DNA of 64,000 bases from NCBI GenBank assembly GCA_013239625.1, contig MU053216.1, positions 2,446,943 to 2,510,942 on the forward strand. The letters run 5' to 3'. Below the pieces are notes generated by a model. That model saw only the letters and a list, made by a program, of their open reading frames with translations. It ran no database searches and was not told the origin of the DNA. A program made the position numbers and the translations under genes. The DNA comes from Lama guanicoe (taxonomy: Eukaryota). Shown in pieces: positions 51,571 to 62,855 of the stretch (positions are counted from its first letter, which is position 1; the number at the start of each line of letters is the position of its first letter).

Positions 51571-51839
51571 CTGGATTTCTGCTGGTGCCTGAGTTTTGTA
51601 GAATAGAGAGATAAAGTTAATTCCACAAACTAAGGTGGAGCTACAGGCTAATGCCTCCAGGAGAGGGGTGTGATGGTTTGATAACTAGCTGGGACTACGT
51701 TGGGTCATTATTGATCACCATGTATTTATTGTTCACTTACTACGCACCATGTGCTTGGTGAGGTGGGGTGAAATGGAAGCTTGAGGGCCACGTGGGTCCT
51801 CTCTGATGACTTACTGGAATTGTTCAAGCTGAACTGATT

Positions 51840-52070
51840 GTTTTTTGTCCTTCATTGGGCCACCGCTGTGGTGTCATGTATTTTTGTAACCTTCAGAAAC
51901 ACTGCTTTCATTGTGGCCTGCTTCTTCCGCTGGATGGTTTGCTCTTCACAGGAGCTGAGATCAGCTGGGTCCTGCTCACCTGCGCAGTGCCAGAGTGTCT
52001 CAGATTCATGGCACTCAACCGGCATTCAGTTCATGTTTATTGAATATGTTAATGAGAATGAATGAGATAT
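51840..52070 (+). mobile_element. L2 3' end
   Basis: 'ctgctcacctgcgcagtgccagagtgtctcagattcatggcactcaaccggcattcagttcatgtttattgaat...gaatgaatga'. Confidence 0.55.
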
Positions 52071-52219
52071 TAATGGTGCCTTTATGGTACTTGACAGCTG
52101 AGACAAGAAATAAGACACAGGGGCAAAGAATAGATTTATCGGGAGATTAGTTACTTTAAGCTTATAATGTAGAGTGTGAAGTTAGAGAGAAGACAGAGAA
52201 TAAGATCAAGAAGGCCTTT

Positions 52220-52295
52220 CTTGCTTGCTTGCTTCCTTCCTTCCTTCCTTCCCTCACTCCCTCCTTCCTTTCCTCCCTCCCTCCTTCCTTCCTTT
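52220..52295. repeat. Pyrimidine-rich compound repeat (CTTG)n(TTCC)n(CTCC)n
   Basis: Directly visible. Confidence 0.9.
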
Positions 52296-52619
52296 CGCCC
52301 AGTTTAGCTGTGCCAGCTCTGTGTTCATGTTTGAGAACAGCTGGCTAGCCATGACATTGCCTTTAGAAGTTCAGTAGCAACTCTCACGCATTACTCATTT
52401 ATTTACTAGAAGTTGGTTGCAGTTGGATGTATTTGGGGAATTTCAAAGCAGTGGTATGTAGCAGAAATCTTCACCTGTTTATCCATTTTTCTGTCGGTTC
52501 ATCTTACATCTAGTTTTGAAACTAAAAAAAAGTCAGTTGCATTAGAAACTCCTAGTTCCTCTGACTTTCACAAGGCAGCATGGATCAAAGACTAACCAGT
52601 CAGGTCAGTCCTGGCTTTG

Positions 52620-52800
52620 CAGGTTAATAGGCTTGAGGTCTTGGACCACATACTCAGTCTCTGAACCTCCGTTATCTAGTCTATAAAGTGGTGACGACAG
52701 CGCCCACCCTGTTCCTCTCTCGGGGCTGCTATGCGTAAGGAGGTTCTTCACGTGCCATGAGGCGCTGCACACTCGCAAGGGGTGCTCGTGATTGTGCTGA
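52620..52800 (+). mobile_element. MIR SINE
   Basis: 'cttggaccacatactcagtctctgaacctccgttatctagtctataaagtggtgacgacagcgcccacc'. Confidence 0.6.
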
Positions 52801-53044
52801 TGACAGACAACTGAGCAGGGAACTGAAGGGCCCCTCCTCATAGTTACAGTGTCTCGGGGCCAGCCCTGCACATCCCCATCTGTGAAGCGGCATCTGAGAA
52901 GTCCTTACACTCATCAAAGTATACGTTGATGGCCCCTGAAGAATTACTGGCACGTTCGTTTGCTTGCCTGGAAACATCTGGATTCTCTAAAATTAGATTC
53001 CCACTGAAAGATTCCTGAAGTGTCGCCAGATTTCTGCGGAGATA

Positions 53045-53400
53045 ATTTTATTCGGTTCAACCGGCCTGCACCGAATGCCTCTTCCAGGCCAGGCACTGTT
53101 GGGGGCGGCGGAGGCTCACAGAGAGTGAGCGGGGCTCCTGCCTTCAGGGAGCTCACAGTCTGTGGGCGGAGACCGGGTAAACGATTAGATGTTCGCAGAA
53201 CGTAGAACGCAGCGATGCGCCTTTCCCGCCTGCGCTTCGGTGGCATTTCGTGGGGGTCCTGGTGAGATCGGAGGCGTCCCCGGCGAAGGGGTGCCTGCGT
53301 TGCAGGTTGAAAAGGAAGCCGGGGTTGGCTGGGCGGCGCGGGAGGGGCTGGGGGACAGATGCGCGTCGATCAGAGGGCGCCAGCGCTCGGAAGCCGGGAC
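53045..53400 (-). mobile_element. L2 LINE fossil running into the CpG island
   Basis: 'gccaggcactgttggggg...ctcctgccttcagggagctcacagtctgtggg' is the antisense L2 3' end; 'gaggcgtccccggcgaagggg...ttgaaaaggaagccggggttggctgggcg' follows the next L2 block. Confidence 0.6.
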
Positions 53401-53750
53401 ACCGGCCGAGGAGTCCGGGCAGCGGCGCCCAGAGGCGCGCCGGGGGCGGCCGTCAGGCCCGGCGGGAGGCCTGCGAGGGGCGCGCGGGCGAGGAGGGCGG
53501 CGGAGCGGCCCCGGCTCCTCGCCGCGTCGGGGCGCGGGCCTGGGCTCTGGGGCCGAGCGCGCCGGCGGCCGCGCCTCTGCAGCCCCGCGCCCAAGTAGCT
53601 GCCGGGGCCGGCCTCGCCCTCTCCGGCCTGGCAGCGGCGCGCGCCGATTCCCCCCGACGCCGCGCTGCTCGACGCCGGCGCGAGGCCCGGGGCGGAGCGG
53701 TCTCTGGGGGCGCCCTTTCTTAGCGGGGCTCTCTGTCTTTGCGTGTCCAT
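53190..53750. promoter_or_regulatory. CpG island (no associated known gene recognised)
   Basis: ~550 bp of very high GC with dense CpG, including GCGGCCGC and GGCGCGCC; E2F-type TTTCCCGCC at 53222-53230. Confidence 0.85.
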
Positions 53751-53809
53751 GTCCCAACTTTCCTTCCCCTCCTTGAGGCTGACTTTCGGTAAAGAGAATT
53801 CATGAAGGC

Positions 53810-53960
53810 GGGGGAGGGTGTAGCTCAGGGGTAGAGCACGTGCTTACCATGCATGAGGTCCTGGGTTCAGCCCCCAGTGCCTCCATTAAAACACATATAA
53901 ACCTAATTTAACCCCCCCCACAAAATTTTAAAAAGTTTTTAAAAAGTTTTTTAAAAAGGA
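53810..53960 (+). mobile_element. tRNA-Ala-derived SINE (Vic-1-like)
   Basis: 'gggggagggtgtagctcaggggtagagcacgtgcttaccatgcatgaggtcctgggttcagcccccagtgcctcca'; degenerate TSD ending 'at(g/c)aaggc' on both sides. Confidence 0.9.
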
Positions 53961-55479
53961 AAAATAATGTATCAAGGCAACACCTCATGTTTTATCATGT
54001 ATCTATTTGCTGTTATTTTCACTGTCTGGTCCCATCCTCCCCATGAAATGGGACTTGTATCCCGTGCTGTTTTATCTTTAGCATCCAGAATGCTCTGCAC
54101 GTAGCAGCAACACACACACACACATTTGTTTGTTGACTAAATGAATATGAGGGTGTGTTATGAGCTGACACGACTCTTCTAATGTATTTTAGGGGGAAAA
54201 GATGTTACCACGTTGGAATTCTCTCAGGAGCTCTATATATTGAAAGCATTAATGAGCAAATTCATTTTTTGAAAAAGAATGAAGTTACAGCCGCTGATTT
54301 TTGTGTTCTCTGCCATATCCCTGCCCCGAGGCGCTGAGCACAGAGCTGACCACGTGCTGAAGGAGAGGAAGAGAAAGAAAGACGCGGAGGGAAGGAAAGA
54401 AAAGAATTAAAACATTAAATAATCCAGCCAGGCTAGTTATTTCAAGGCATCATCTGATGCCCGCCAAAATACTACTCACTAGGTACCTAGATAAAATCTT
54501 ATTAAAAGATGTAGCCAATTTAAACGACATGTAAAAGGTGGAACTGGGAAACTGGGAAGGGGGAGAGAGTTTTTCTTGGAGACTTGCAATTTCTTCACAC
54601 TTAACCAGAGTATGTACAGAAAATGTACTTTTTAAGTTTTGTCAGAGCTTACCCCCAGGCCCCTGGCCCTCTATAGTTTGCTAAGTTGTGTTTTGTTTAT
54701 TTATTTGATTGTTATTGTTGTTAAGGAAGGAACCACCAATCTGGGCCAAAATCACTCAAACCTGGTAGTGAAGTTTGCTTAAGTAGAGCACTCTGGATTG
54801 AAAAAAAAAAGGGGGGGGGACAACCAAAAAGCAAAATACAAAAAACTGTAAAACTAGAGTGTTCGTTTACAGGCGCTGGAGGAGTGGAAAGAATTGTCTA
54901 GTGAGCACGGGTGATCGGTGCAGCCCCTCCCTTCCGGCTGGGCTGCGAGAGGAGGTGAGGGGCCGCCTCCGCCCTGGGTGCCCGTCACCGATGGGGTGCT
55001 TGGCCCCTCTGGTTGCCTTGCTGACTGACTTCTGGGCAGTGCCCGGCTGTCACAGGCACGGATGCACACTCTCCACCCACATCAGAGGTGGTTTAGTCAT
55101 TAATATGTTCCAGTGGGAGAGGGCAGCGGGGAGGAAGAAGTTTGGGTAATTTTCTCCCAAGACGTTAGCCTGTCTTCCAAGGCTACTACTTTCCCACACC
55201 CTCTGTTTTGCAGCTGAGAAACTGGTTTCCTTTTTATTTTATTATCTTTGCTTTCAGATCATCCCCTACCCTACTGGCTTTGGGGTCCCAGCTTGGATCA
55301 GTAGACTCAGAAAGATAAACTGTATCAAGATATTTTCATGTTATGCCAATGTTAAAATGATACGTTGAAAATTATTCCTTGTCCACAATTGAGTCTTCAG
55401 CAGCTGAGCACCAAGTACTATGTTAAGGATTTTGAGTGCATTTTTTTTTTTTTACGGTACGAGGTACATACCACAGATT

Positions 55480-55625
55480 TTATGTCCTTTTCTTCCCATG
55501 AAGTGGGTATCGGTCTATAGATATAGACAGACATTGAGGCTTAGAGAGATGAAATCATTTGCCCCGAACTGTGCAACTCTTAAATGGCTGCACTGAGACT
55601 AGACCCAGCTGAGTCTTGTTCAAAA
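55480..55625 (-). mobile_element. MIR SINE
   Basis: 'cccatgaagtgggtat...acattgaggcttagagagatgaaatcatttgccccga...actagacccag'. Confidence 0.65.
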
Positions 55626-57119
55626 CATCCTCGCATTTTGAAGTGCACTTTGATGTTCACTGCCATTTTTGCACTAACTCCTCCAGAAAGTTCTCAGGCA
55701 TTTTATTCCTGAGAATAAACGCATAAGGCATAGTTGAAAAACCGTACCCTCAGGGGCAGGAGGCTTGGGTTCAGATTCTGCCGTCTTGCATTTTTCTGTC
55801 TGTCAGTGGTGATGAGAGGCAGCACGCGAGCTCCTCTCCCGATCTTGTCATTTCCCAGCTGTGCCAGCGCGAGCAGCCTCTTCTCGTTTCCAGGTCTCCA
55901 GTTCCTCTTGTGCCCCAGCGAGAGGAAACAGTGAGGTGGCTCTGAGAAGTAAGCGTGGTCACACGTTGTAAACAGCCCAGCACAACCGCTGGCGCAAAAC
56001 GGGCCCCCAGCTCGCGTCCTCTCAGCCTTCCCAACTAATTCTCATCATTTGTGAGGTGTGTGTTGTGTCTTCTCTGGGCTTCGAAGTTACTTGATGAGCG
56101 TGCGGTGTGTAGGGCCGTGGTTTTGATGTAACTGCAGTAAAAGAAGAAGACACAAATACCCAAGTAAAGAACTTTCTTCCTCTTTCCTTTCTCTAAGAAG
56201 GTGGCCCGCCATCTCTAAACTGGAGGAAAAAAATGATAATTTATTACTGGTTGATGAGCCGTTATTTATTACTGAAACCACTTTGTACCTACATTGTAAC
56301 AACAGCCATTCACAGCTCTCTTCAGCGGCCTGGAGCCCTGGGAGGATGATAGGGGCTTGGATCTGAAGCCACCCTCTGAGCCGAGCCACTGGCCTCACAG
56401 CTCAGGGCCCTGAGCCAGGAGCTCGCGCCGAGCGTGCAGCCTCCCATCTGCCGCCCTCACCAGAGGGGAGTGGCCCTCAGAGCCCAGGAGCGGCACTCGG
56501 CTTCGGGGAGGGGACTCGCCCTTTCACAGCACAGACAGGGTTGAGAGACGTTTGGCTTAAGTGACTAAAGAAGGAAAAGAGAATCTGCGATCTAGTGAGC
56601 TAGATGTATCGAGGTCGTTCCCACCTACGCTGATGGCGCTCGGAAGCAGCAGTGTCAGGAGGCCTGTAGCTGGGAGGGCGAGTTGAGACCGTCACAGCGC
56701 TCCAGATCCCAGCCCCCGCTGCCATTTCCCAGCCCTGTGTTTCGTCCCCTTTGCCCTCGATGGGGCCTGTGGCTTCTCCTTTCCTCGGGATTGGAGCGAA
56801 ACATGGGGGGAAGGTAATGTCTTGAAAAGATATTTGGGGGGAGCCAGAGAGCTCCTGGGAGACAGGCCCACTGCCATTCATTCTAGAGCTTTCTGACTGG
56901 TCCTTGGTGCAGCCCTCAGAGTTGTCACTTGCCCCTTGTCACCTGGCCCAAGTGCATGGTCCTCGGTGCAGCCGTCAGAGTCGTCGCCTGCTCCTGTGAG
57001 CCCCTTTGGGTGGGAAGCAGACGCGGTGTGGCCTGTGCGCAGAAAGGCTAGTTTACAGTGATGCTCGGTAATTATCTCTGAAGATTTCAGGCTCAAACTA
57101 GTACATGCCCTACATTTTT

Positions 57120-58258
57120 TTTTTCTGATAGGTTTTATTTTTTAGAGATTTAGGTTCCCAGAAATATTGAGCAGAAGGTACGGAGAGCTCCCCCACGTTC
57201 CCCGACCTCACACACACACAGCTTTCCCAACTATCAACGCCCCCTGCCCCGGCCCTGGATGGCACATTTGTTACAGTCGATGGACCTGCACTGACACGTT
57301 ATCATCACCTCGTCACCCCGGCCTACGGGTCCCACTCGGGCTCACTCCCGCGCTGCGCGCTCCGTGGTCTGGACACAAGCAGAACGGTGTGTGTTCACTA
57401 CAAATGTGTTTGCAGGAGGATTTTACTGTCTTAAAAACCCTCTCTGCTCTGTCTATTTATTTATCTTTCCCTGCCACCAAACCCTAGGGACCACTGATTT
57501 ATTTATTTATTTTACTATCTGCATAATTTTCCCTCTTCCAGGGTGTCATGTCGTTGGAATCACGCAGTATGTAGACTCTTTAGATTGGTTTCTTGCACTT
57601 GGTCATATGCATTTTAGGTTCCTCTGTGTCTTCTCATGGCTTGATAGCTCGTTTCTTTTTAGTGCTGAATAATATTCCATTGTCTGGCTGTGCACCCGTT
57701 TATTTATTTCTTCACTGCCTGAAGGAATTCTTGGTTGCTTCCAAGTTCGGACAATTATGAATAAAGCAGCTATAAACATCCATGTGTAGGTTTTGTGTGG
57801 ATGGAAGTTTTTTCAACTCTGAGTAAATGTCAAGGAGCCTGAATTCTGGTAGGATTATGTTTAGTTTTATAAGAAACTGCCAAACGGTCTTCCAAAATGC
57901 CTGCACCATTTTTCGTTCCTACCAGTTTTTCCACATCTTCACCAGCATTTGGTGTTGTCAGTGTTCCAGCTTTTGACTGTCCTAATAGGTGTATCCTGGT
58001 GTCTCACTGTCGCTTTAGCTTGCAATTCCCTAATGACACATAATTAAGAGTGTCTTTTCTTATAATAATTTGCCATCTGTAGATCTTCTTTGGTGAAGTG
58101 TCTGTTCACATCTCCCTTTGGTCATGCTTTAATTGGGTTGTTCATTTTTTCCTAATGTTGAGTTTTAAGAGTTCTTTGTATATTTTGGGTAACAGTCCTT
58201 TATCAGATGTGTCTTTTGCAAATATTTTCTCTCAGTCTGTGGCTTGTCTTGTCTTTCC
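57120..58258 (-). mobile_element. LINE-1 3' end (L1MC-type)
   Basis: 'tttaggttcccagaaatattgagcagaaggtacggagag...catttgttacagtcgatggacctgcactgacac...ttcatggcttgatagctcgtttctttttagtgctgaataatattcc'. Confidence 0.9.
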
Positions 58259-58277
58259 CTGGATCCCCCTACTTTTT

Positions 58278-58524
58278 AAAACAAACTTTGTTTTTATTCA
58301 AGTGTAGTTGATTTACAATGCTAGTTGCAGGTGTACAGCAAAGTGATGCAGTTATACATATACAAACATATATTTTTCCACATTTTTCTGTCATAGGTTA
58401 TGACTAGATATTGAATGTGGTTCCCTGTGCTGTACAGCAGGTCCTTGTTGTTTATTTTATATATTGTAGTTTGTATCTGCTAATCCCAAACTCCTGATTT
58501 ATCCCCCCAACCCCTTCTTCTTTT
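58278..58524 (-). mobile_element. 5'-truncated artiodactyl-type L1 3' end with exact 16-bp target-site duplication
   Basis: gatccccctacttttt at 58262-58277 and 58525-58540; body 'tttattcaagtgtagttgatttacaatg...ggtgtacagcaaagtgat'. Confidence 0.92.
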
Positions 58525-58848
58525 GATCCCCCTACTTTTTGTGTCAAAGGCAAATTTGAAAAAAAAAGATAGGTATTTCTTTGTCCATCTTCATGTACAA
58601 GACAACCATCCTAAAGCCATTGGAACCAACATATTTGAGTTACTGTGGTGTCAGTTTCATGAATTCAGTGAAAATGCGGAGGAGAGGGGGCATGTCTCAC
58701 GGTCAGTGGTATATATGAGTTAGTCATTAGTGCGAAAGGAGTTAGGGACTTTCCAGTAACATTTCTCCAATTGCCTTATTATGCTGTTACTATGAATTTT
58801 ATGAGAAATTCTTGGGTGAAAGCCTCTGGGAAGGGTTTGGATTAAATC

Positions 58849-59068
58849 AGTGGTTCTCAAGCAGGAGTGATTTTGTCCACTAGGGAAAAATATTCCAGTG
58901 TCTGGAACGTTATGACTGGTGGAGGGTGAGCAGCGACAGGGACATCCAGTGGTAGAGGTCAGGGAGGCTCTAAATATGTGTGGTACCCAGGACAGCTGCC
59001 CCCACAACCCCTGCCAACAAAGCATGATGGGGCCCTAAATGCCATTAGTGCCAAGGTTGGGAAATTCA
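58849..59068 (+). mobile_element. MER20 (hAT-Charlie) DNA transposon
   Basis: 'cagtggttctcaagcaggagtgattttgtcc...catccagtggtagaggtcagggaggctctaaa...aaatgccattagtgccaaggttgggaaa'. Confidence 0.85.
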
Positions 59069-59069
59069 G

Positions 59070-59104
59070 AATCAAATCAAATCAAATCAAATCAAATCAA
59101 ATCA
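59070..59104. repeat. (AATCA)7 pentanucleotide repeat
   Basis: Directly visible, abutting the MER20 end. Confidence 0.97.
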
Positions 59105-60829
59105 GTTTTCTTACTGTATCTCCTCTCAGCAGTTGGCTCTGTGAAAGACTGCGAGCAGCCTGAGGGAGCAGCGTTTTCCAAACGTACATCTGATGACCTG
59201 GGACTTCTAGGATGCACATCTCTACGGACCTGCATGTATACGTACCTTCTGGAAGAACCAGCTTCCTGAGTTTATTCACAAACATGTTCTTTCTAAACCT
59301 TGGACATTGAAGCTAGTATACTTATTTTAATTTTTCCTAATGTGAATGACTTGCAAATAATCTAAACTATTTTTCCACAGGGAAAAGACTGCAAAAGGAG
59401 CAGCCTTTGCTCAGTAAACATAGACTCTCTAAAACAGCCTTGCTAAAAACAGGTTAATGCTTTAAATGACACAGTTGAACAAGACATAATTAGGGATAAC
59501 TGTTTCCTTTCTGTTGTCTCAGAAACAGTATGAGCCATTGGCACAGGGGTGAGAGAGGGTGATTTCATGACTTTTACGTGGTATTCTTTTCAATGTTGCT
59601 ATTAAGTAAGCTGTTCTTACATAACACGGTATTAAATAGACCAAGTTTCCTCATAGTCTGTCAATGCATTTGTGAAGTTGTTTCATGACCAAAGAAGTTT
59701 GCAATAATTAAGTTATTGTGGCTGAAGTCCCTGTTTCTTCTTTGAAGATACTTTTTGATTATATGTAGATAAAGAACAGAGAAGAAGCATTAATTTTCAA
59801 ATGGATCTTTGGACAAGATTCAAGAATCGTAAGTTTTCCCACATCCTAGTGAATGAATGGTAGTGATATCTTTTCAATTCAGTCCCATCGCTAGATGTTT
59901 ATACACAATGCTAGTTGCTAAAAGGAATGGAAAAGACTGATATGTGGTCCTTTTCTTCGACAAGCTAACACCTTAACGTCAGCGACACGCACAGGTACTT
60001 ACTCCAGTATCAGCATGAGGGTCTAAGCACGATCGGGTGAGTGATTTGCCTGGAACGTGGGGAGTGGAAAAGGGCCACAGAGAAGATACCACTTGAACCG
60101 AGCCTTCGTCGGCAGTGGAACTTAGAGAAGACGTGTGGACAGGGAGACGATGAGGAAGCACCCCGGGGTGCCCGCAGCACGGCCAGCACCTCCCATGGGA
60201 AGGGCAGGTCCAGACCACACCGCGCCAGGAAGGGCCCTCCGTGTTACACTGAAGAAGACCTTCTACCCCAGGATTTGGGTGGCTTTGCAGGAACAATTGC
60301 TTTATTATTTTCCTATGTTTGGAAAACTGCCATGATGATCATAGCTGCTCTTCATGGAGAGAGAAGGTGACTTAACTGAGAATTTGAGCGCAAAACCGTG
60401 CGGTGAACTCAAATACAGAAGTTGACTTCCTAACCTCTGATTTCATCTTTTCTTGCTACCAGTTCTGTGCTGTTTTTACAAAATTTGAGTAAGAGCTGGA
60501 TTCAACATTTAAACTCTACCTTTTTCTTAGTTTCTGGCTTTTGTTTCCAGATTTTGAATTCTATTCACATGTAATTTGCTCTTATGAAAAATAACAGTAA
60601 AAATTATAAAGTAGATAGATTTTACTCTCAGGACAGTGTTTCTCTTATAAACTTGTTGAACAGCTTTAACTAATAATTGATGTAATCTTTGAAACAGATT
60701 CTCTGGACATAATGAACGGTTTTGTCATTATATTTCTGTAATGGGAAACTGCAATATTCAGTATACATAAATGGATGGTATAAGCAAGTGGAGAAACTAC
60801 AGCTTGAAATAGCACAACAAAAAAGAATC

Positions 60830-62855
60830 TTATTTCACTGTTGATGCTGTGCATCACATCCCCAGTACTTACTGATCTCACAACTGGAGGTCTGTACCTT
60901 CCGACCACCTTTATCCAGTTTCCCCACCCTTCACACCCAATCCCTCTGGTAGCCGCAAAGTTGATCTCTTTCTGTAAGTTTGTTTTTAGAGTCCACGTAT
61001 AAGTGAGATCATACAGTATTTGTCTTTCTCCGTCTGACTTATTTCACCTAGCATACTGCTCTCAAGGTCCATCCACGTTGTCACAAATGACAGGGTGTCC
61101 TTCATATGTTATGGCTAAATAATATTCCAGCGTGTACACACACCAAATCTTTGTTCATCCATTGATGGACTCTTGGGTTGTTTCCATTCCTTGGCAATTG
61201 TAAATAATATTGCAGTGAGCATGGAAGTGTAGGTATCTCTTTGACATAATGTCTTGTTTTTTTGTGCAAATACACTCAGAAGTGGAATTGCTGGGTCTTG
61301 TGGCAGTTCTATTTTTAATTTTTTGAGGAGCCTCTATACTGTTTTCTACAGCAACTGTGCCAATTTAGAATTCTGCCAACAGCGCATAAGGGTTCTCGTC
61401 TCCACATCCTTGTCAGCATTCATTATAGCTTGTCTTTTTGGTGAGGGTCATTCTAACAGGCATGAGGTGACATCTCGTTATGGTTTTGATTTGCATTTCC
61501 CTGATGATTAGTGATGTACTTTTTGGCCAGTTTTATATCTTCTTTGGAAAAATGTCTATTCAGGTTCTTAACTCCTTTTTCAAAATGATTATTTGTGAGG
61601 TTTCTGTTTCGCTGTTGAATTGTGTACATTCTTTATGTATTTCAGATATTTACCCCTTATCAGATATATAATTTGCAAATATTTTCTCTGATTTTGTAGC
61701 TTGCTTTTCAGGCTTGTTTTTTTGTTGATCATTTCTTTTGCTTTGCGGAAGTGCTTTTGTTTGACATAATCCTACTTGTTAATTTTTTATTTTGTTGCTT
61801 ATCCCGTAAGTGTCATATCTAAAAAATTCCTGCCAAGACCCATGACAAGGCACTTTGTTCCTATACTTTTTTCTAAGAGTCTTACAGTGTCTAGCTTTAA
61901 TCCATTTTGAGTTAATCTTTATGAAGGGTCTAAGATAAGGGTCTAAGATAAGGATTTTAATCTTTAACGTGTGACTATCCAATTTTCCCAGCACCATTTG
62001 TTTGAAGAGACTGTTTTTCCCTCCCAGTATTCTTGGCTCCCTTCACAGATATTAGCTGACTTTAAATGCTCGGGTTTATTTCTGGGCACTTGATTCTGCT
62101 TCATTGGGTTATGTGTCTGTTTTTGTGCCAGTACCATACTGTTTTGATGACTGTAGCTTTACAAGGTCGCTTAAATCAGGAAGTGTGGTATCTCCCACTT
62201 TGTTCTTTCTCATGATGGCTTGGACTGTTTGGGGTCTTTTGTGGTTCAGATACATTTTATGATCATTGTTTCTACTTCCATAAACAGTGCCACGGGAACT
62301 TTTATAGGGATGGCTTTGGGTACTATAGACATTTTGACAATATTCTCATAATCCATGAGCACTGAGTATTTTCACATGTGTGTGTCTCCCTCAGTTTTTT
62401 GCACCAGGTTTTGCAGATATCAGTGTAGGATTCTTTTACCTCCTTGGTTAAATTTAGTCCTAAGTATTTTATTCTTTTTGATGCTATTGTAAATGAAATT
62501 ATTTTCTTTATTTCTATTGCAGATAATTAATTGTTGGTGTACAGAAACACTATTGATATTTGCATGTTAATTTTGTTTCCTGCAACTTTTCTGAATTAGT
62601 TGATTAGCTCTAACAGCTTTTTGGTAGAGTTATGAGGATTTTCTGTATACAATATTATGTCATCAGCAAACAGAGACCATTTTACTTCTTCCTTTCCATT
62701 TTTTTCTTTTTCTTGCCTGATTGCTCTGGCTAGGACTCCCAGCATTGCGTTGAAAAAGAGTGGTGAGAGTGGGCACCCTTGTCTTGTTTCTGATCTTAGA
62801 GGAAAAGCTTTCAACCTTGTACCACTGAGTATGACATTAACTGTGGGCTTGGATG
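60830..62855 (-). mobile_element. LINE-1 (L1MA-age), 3' UTR plus disrupted ORF2 reaching the RT domain
   Basis: ORF 62596-62946 contains [21 protein letters not shown]...[10 protein letters not shown] (L1 reverse transcriptase motifs); 61779-61997 contains LDPYLRPFIKINSKWIK. Confidence 0.95.

Noticed and set aside
53185..53776. Overlapping 126-195 aa ORFs on both strands of the CpG island, including the ATG-initiated MDTQRQRAP... ORF with a good Kozak context
   Set aside because: Stop codons are rare in extreme-GC DNA, so most frames are open; the peptides are low-complexity R/G/P/A with no recognisable domain, and part of the region is L2-derived.
53810..53885. tRNA-Ala-like sequence as a real tRNA gene (also at 2.8, 6.9 and 40.5 kb)
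   Set aside because: Stems and anticodon region are mutated, and each copy has a SINE tail, some with TSDs; these are SINEs.
61924..61953. 13-bp tandem duplication (aagggtctaagat)x2 in L1
   Set aside because: Routine slippage in a dead element.
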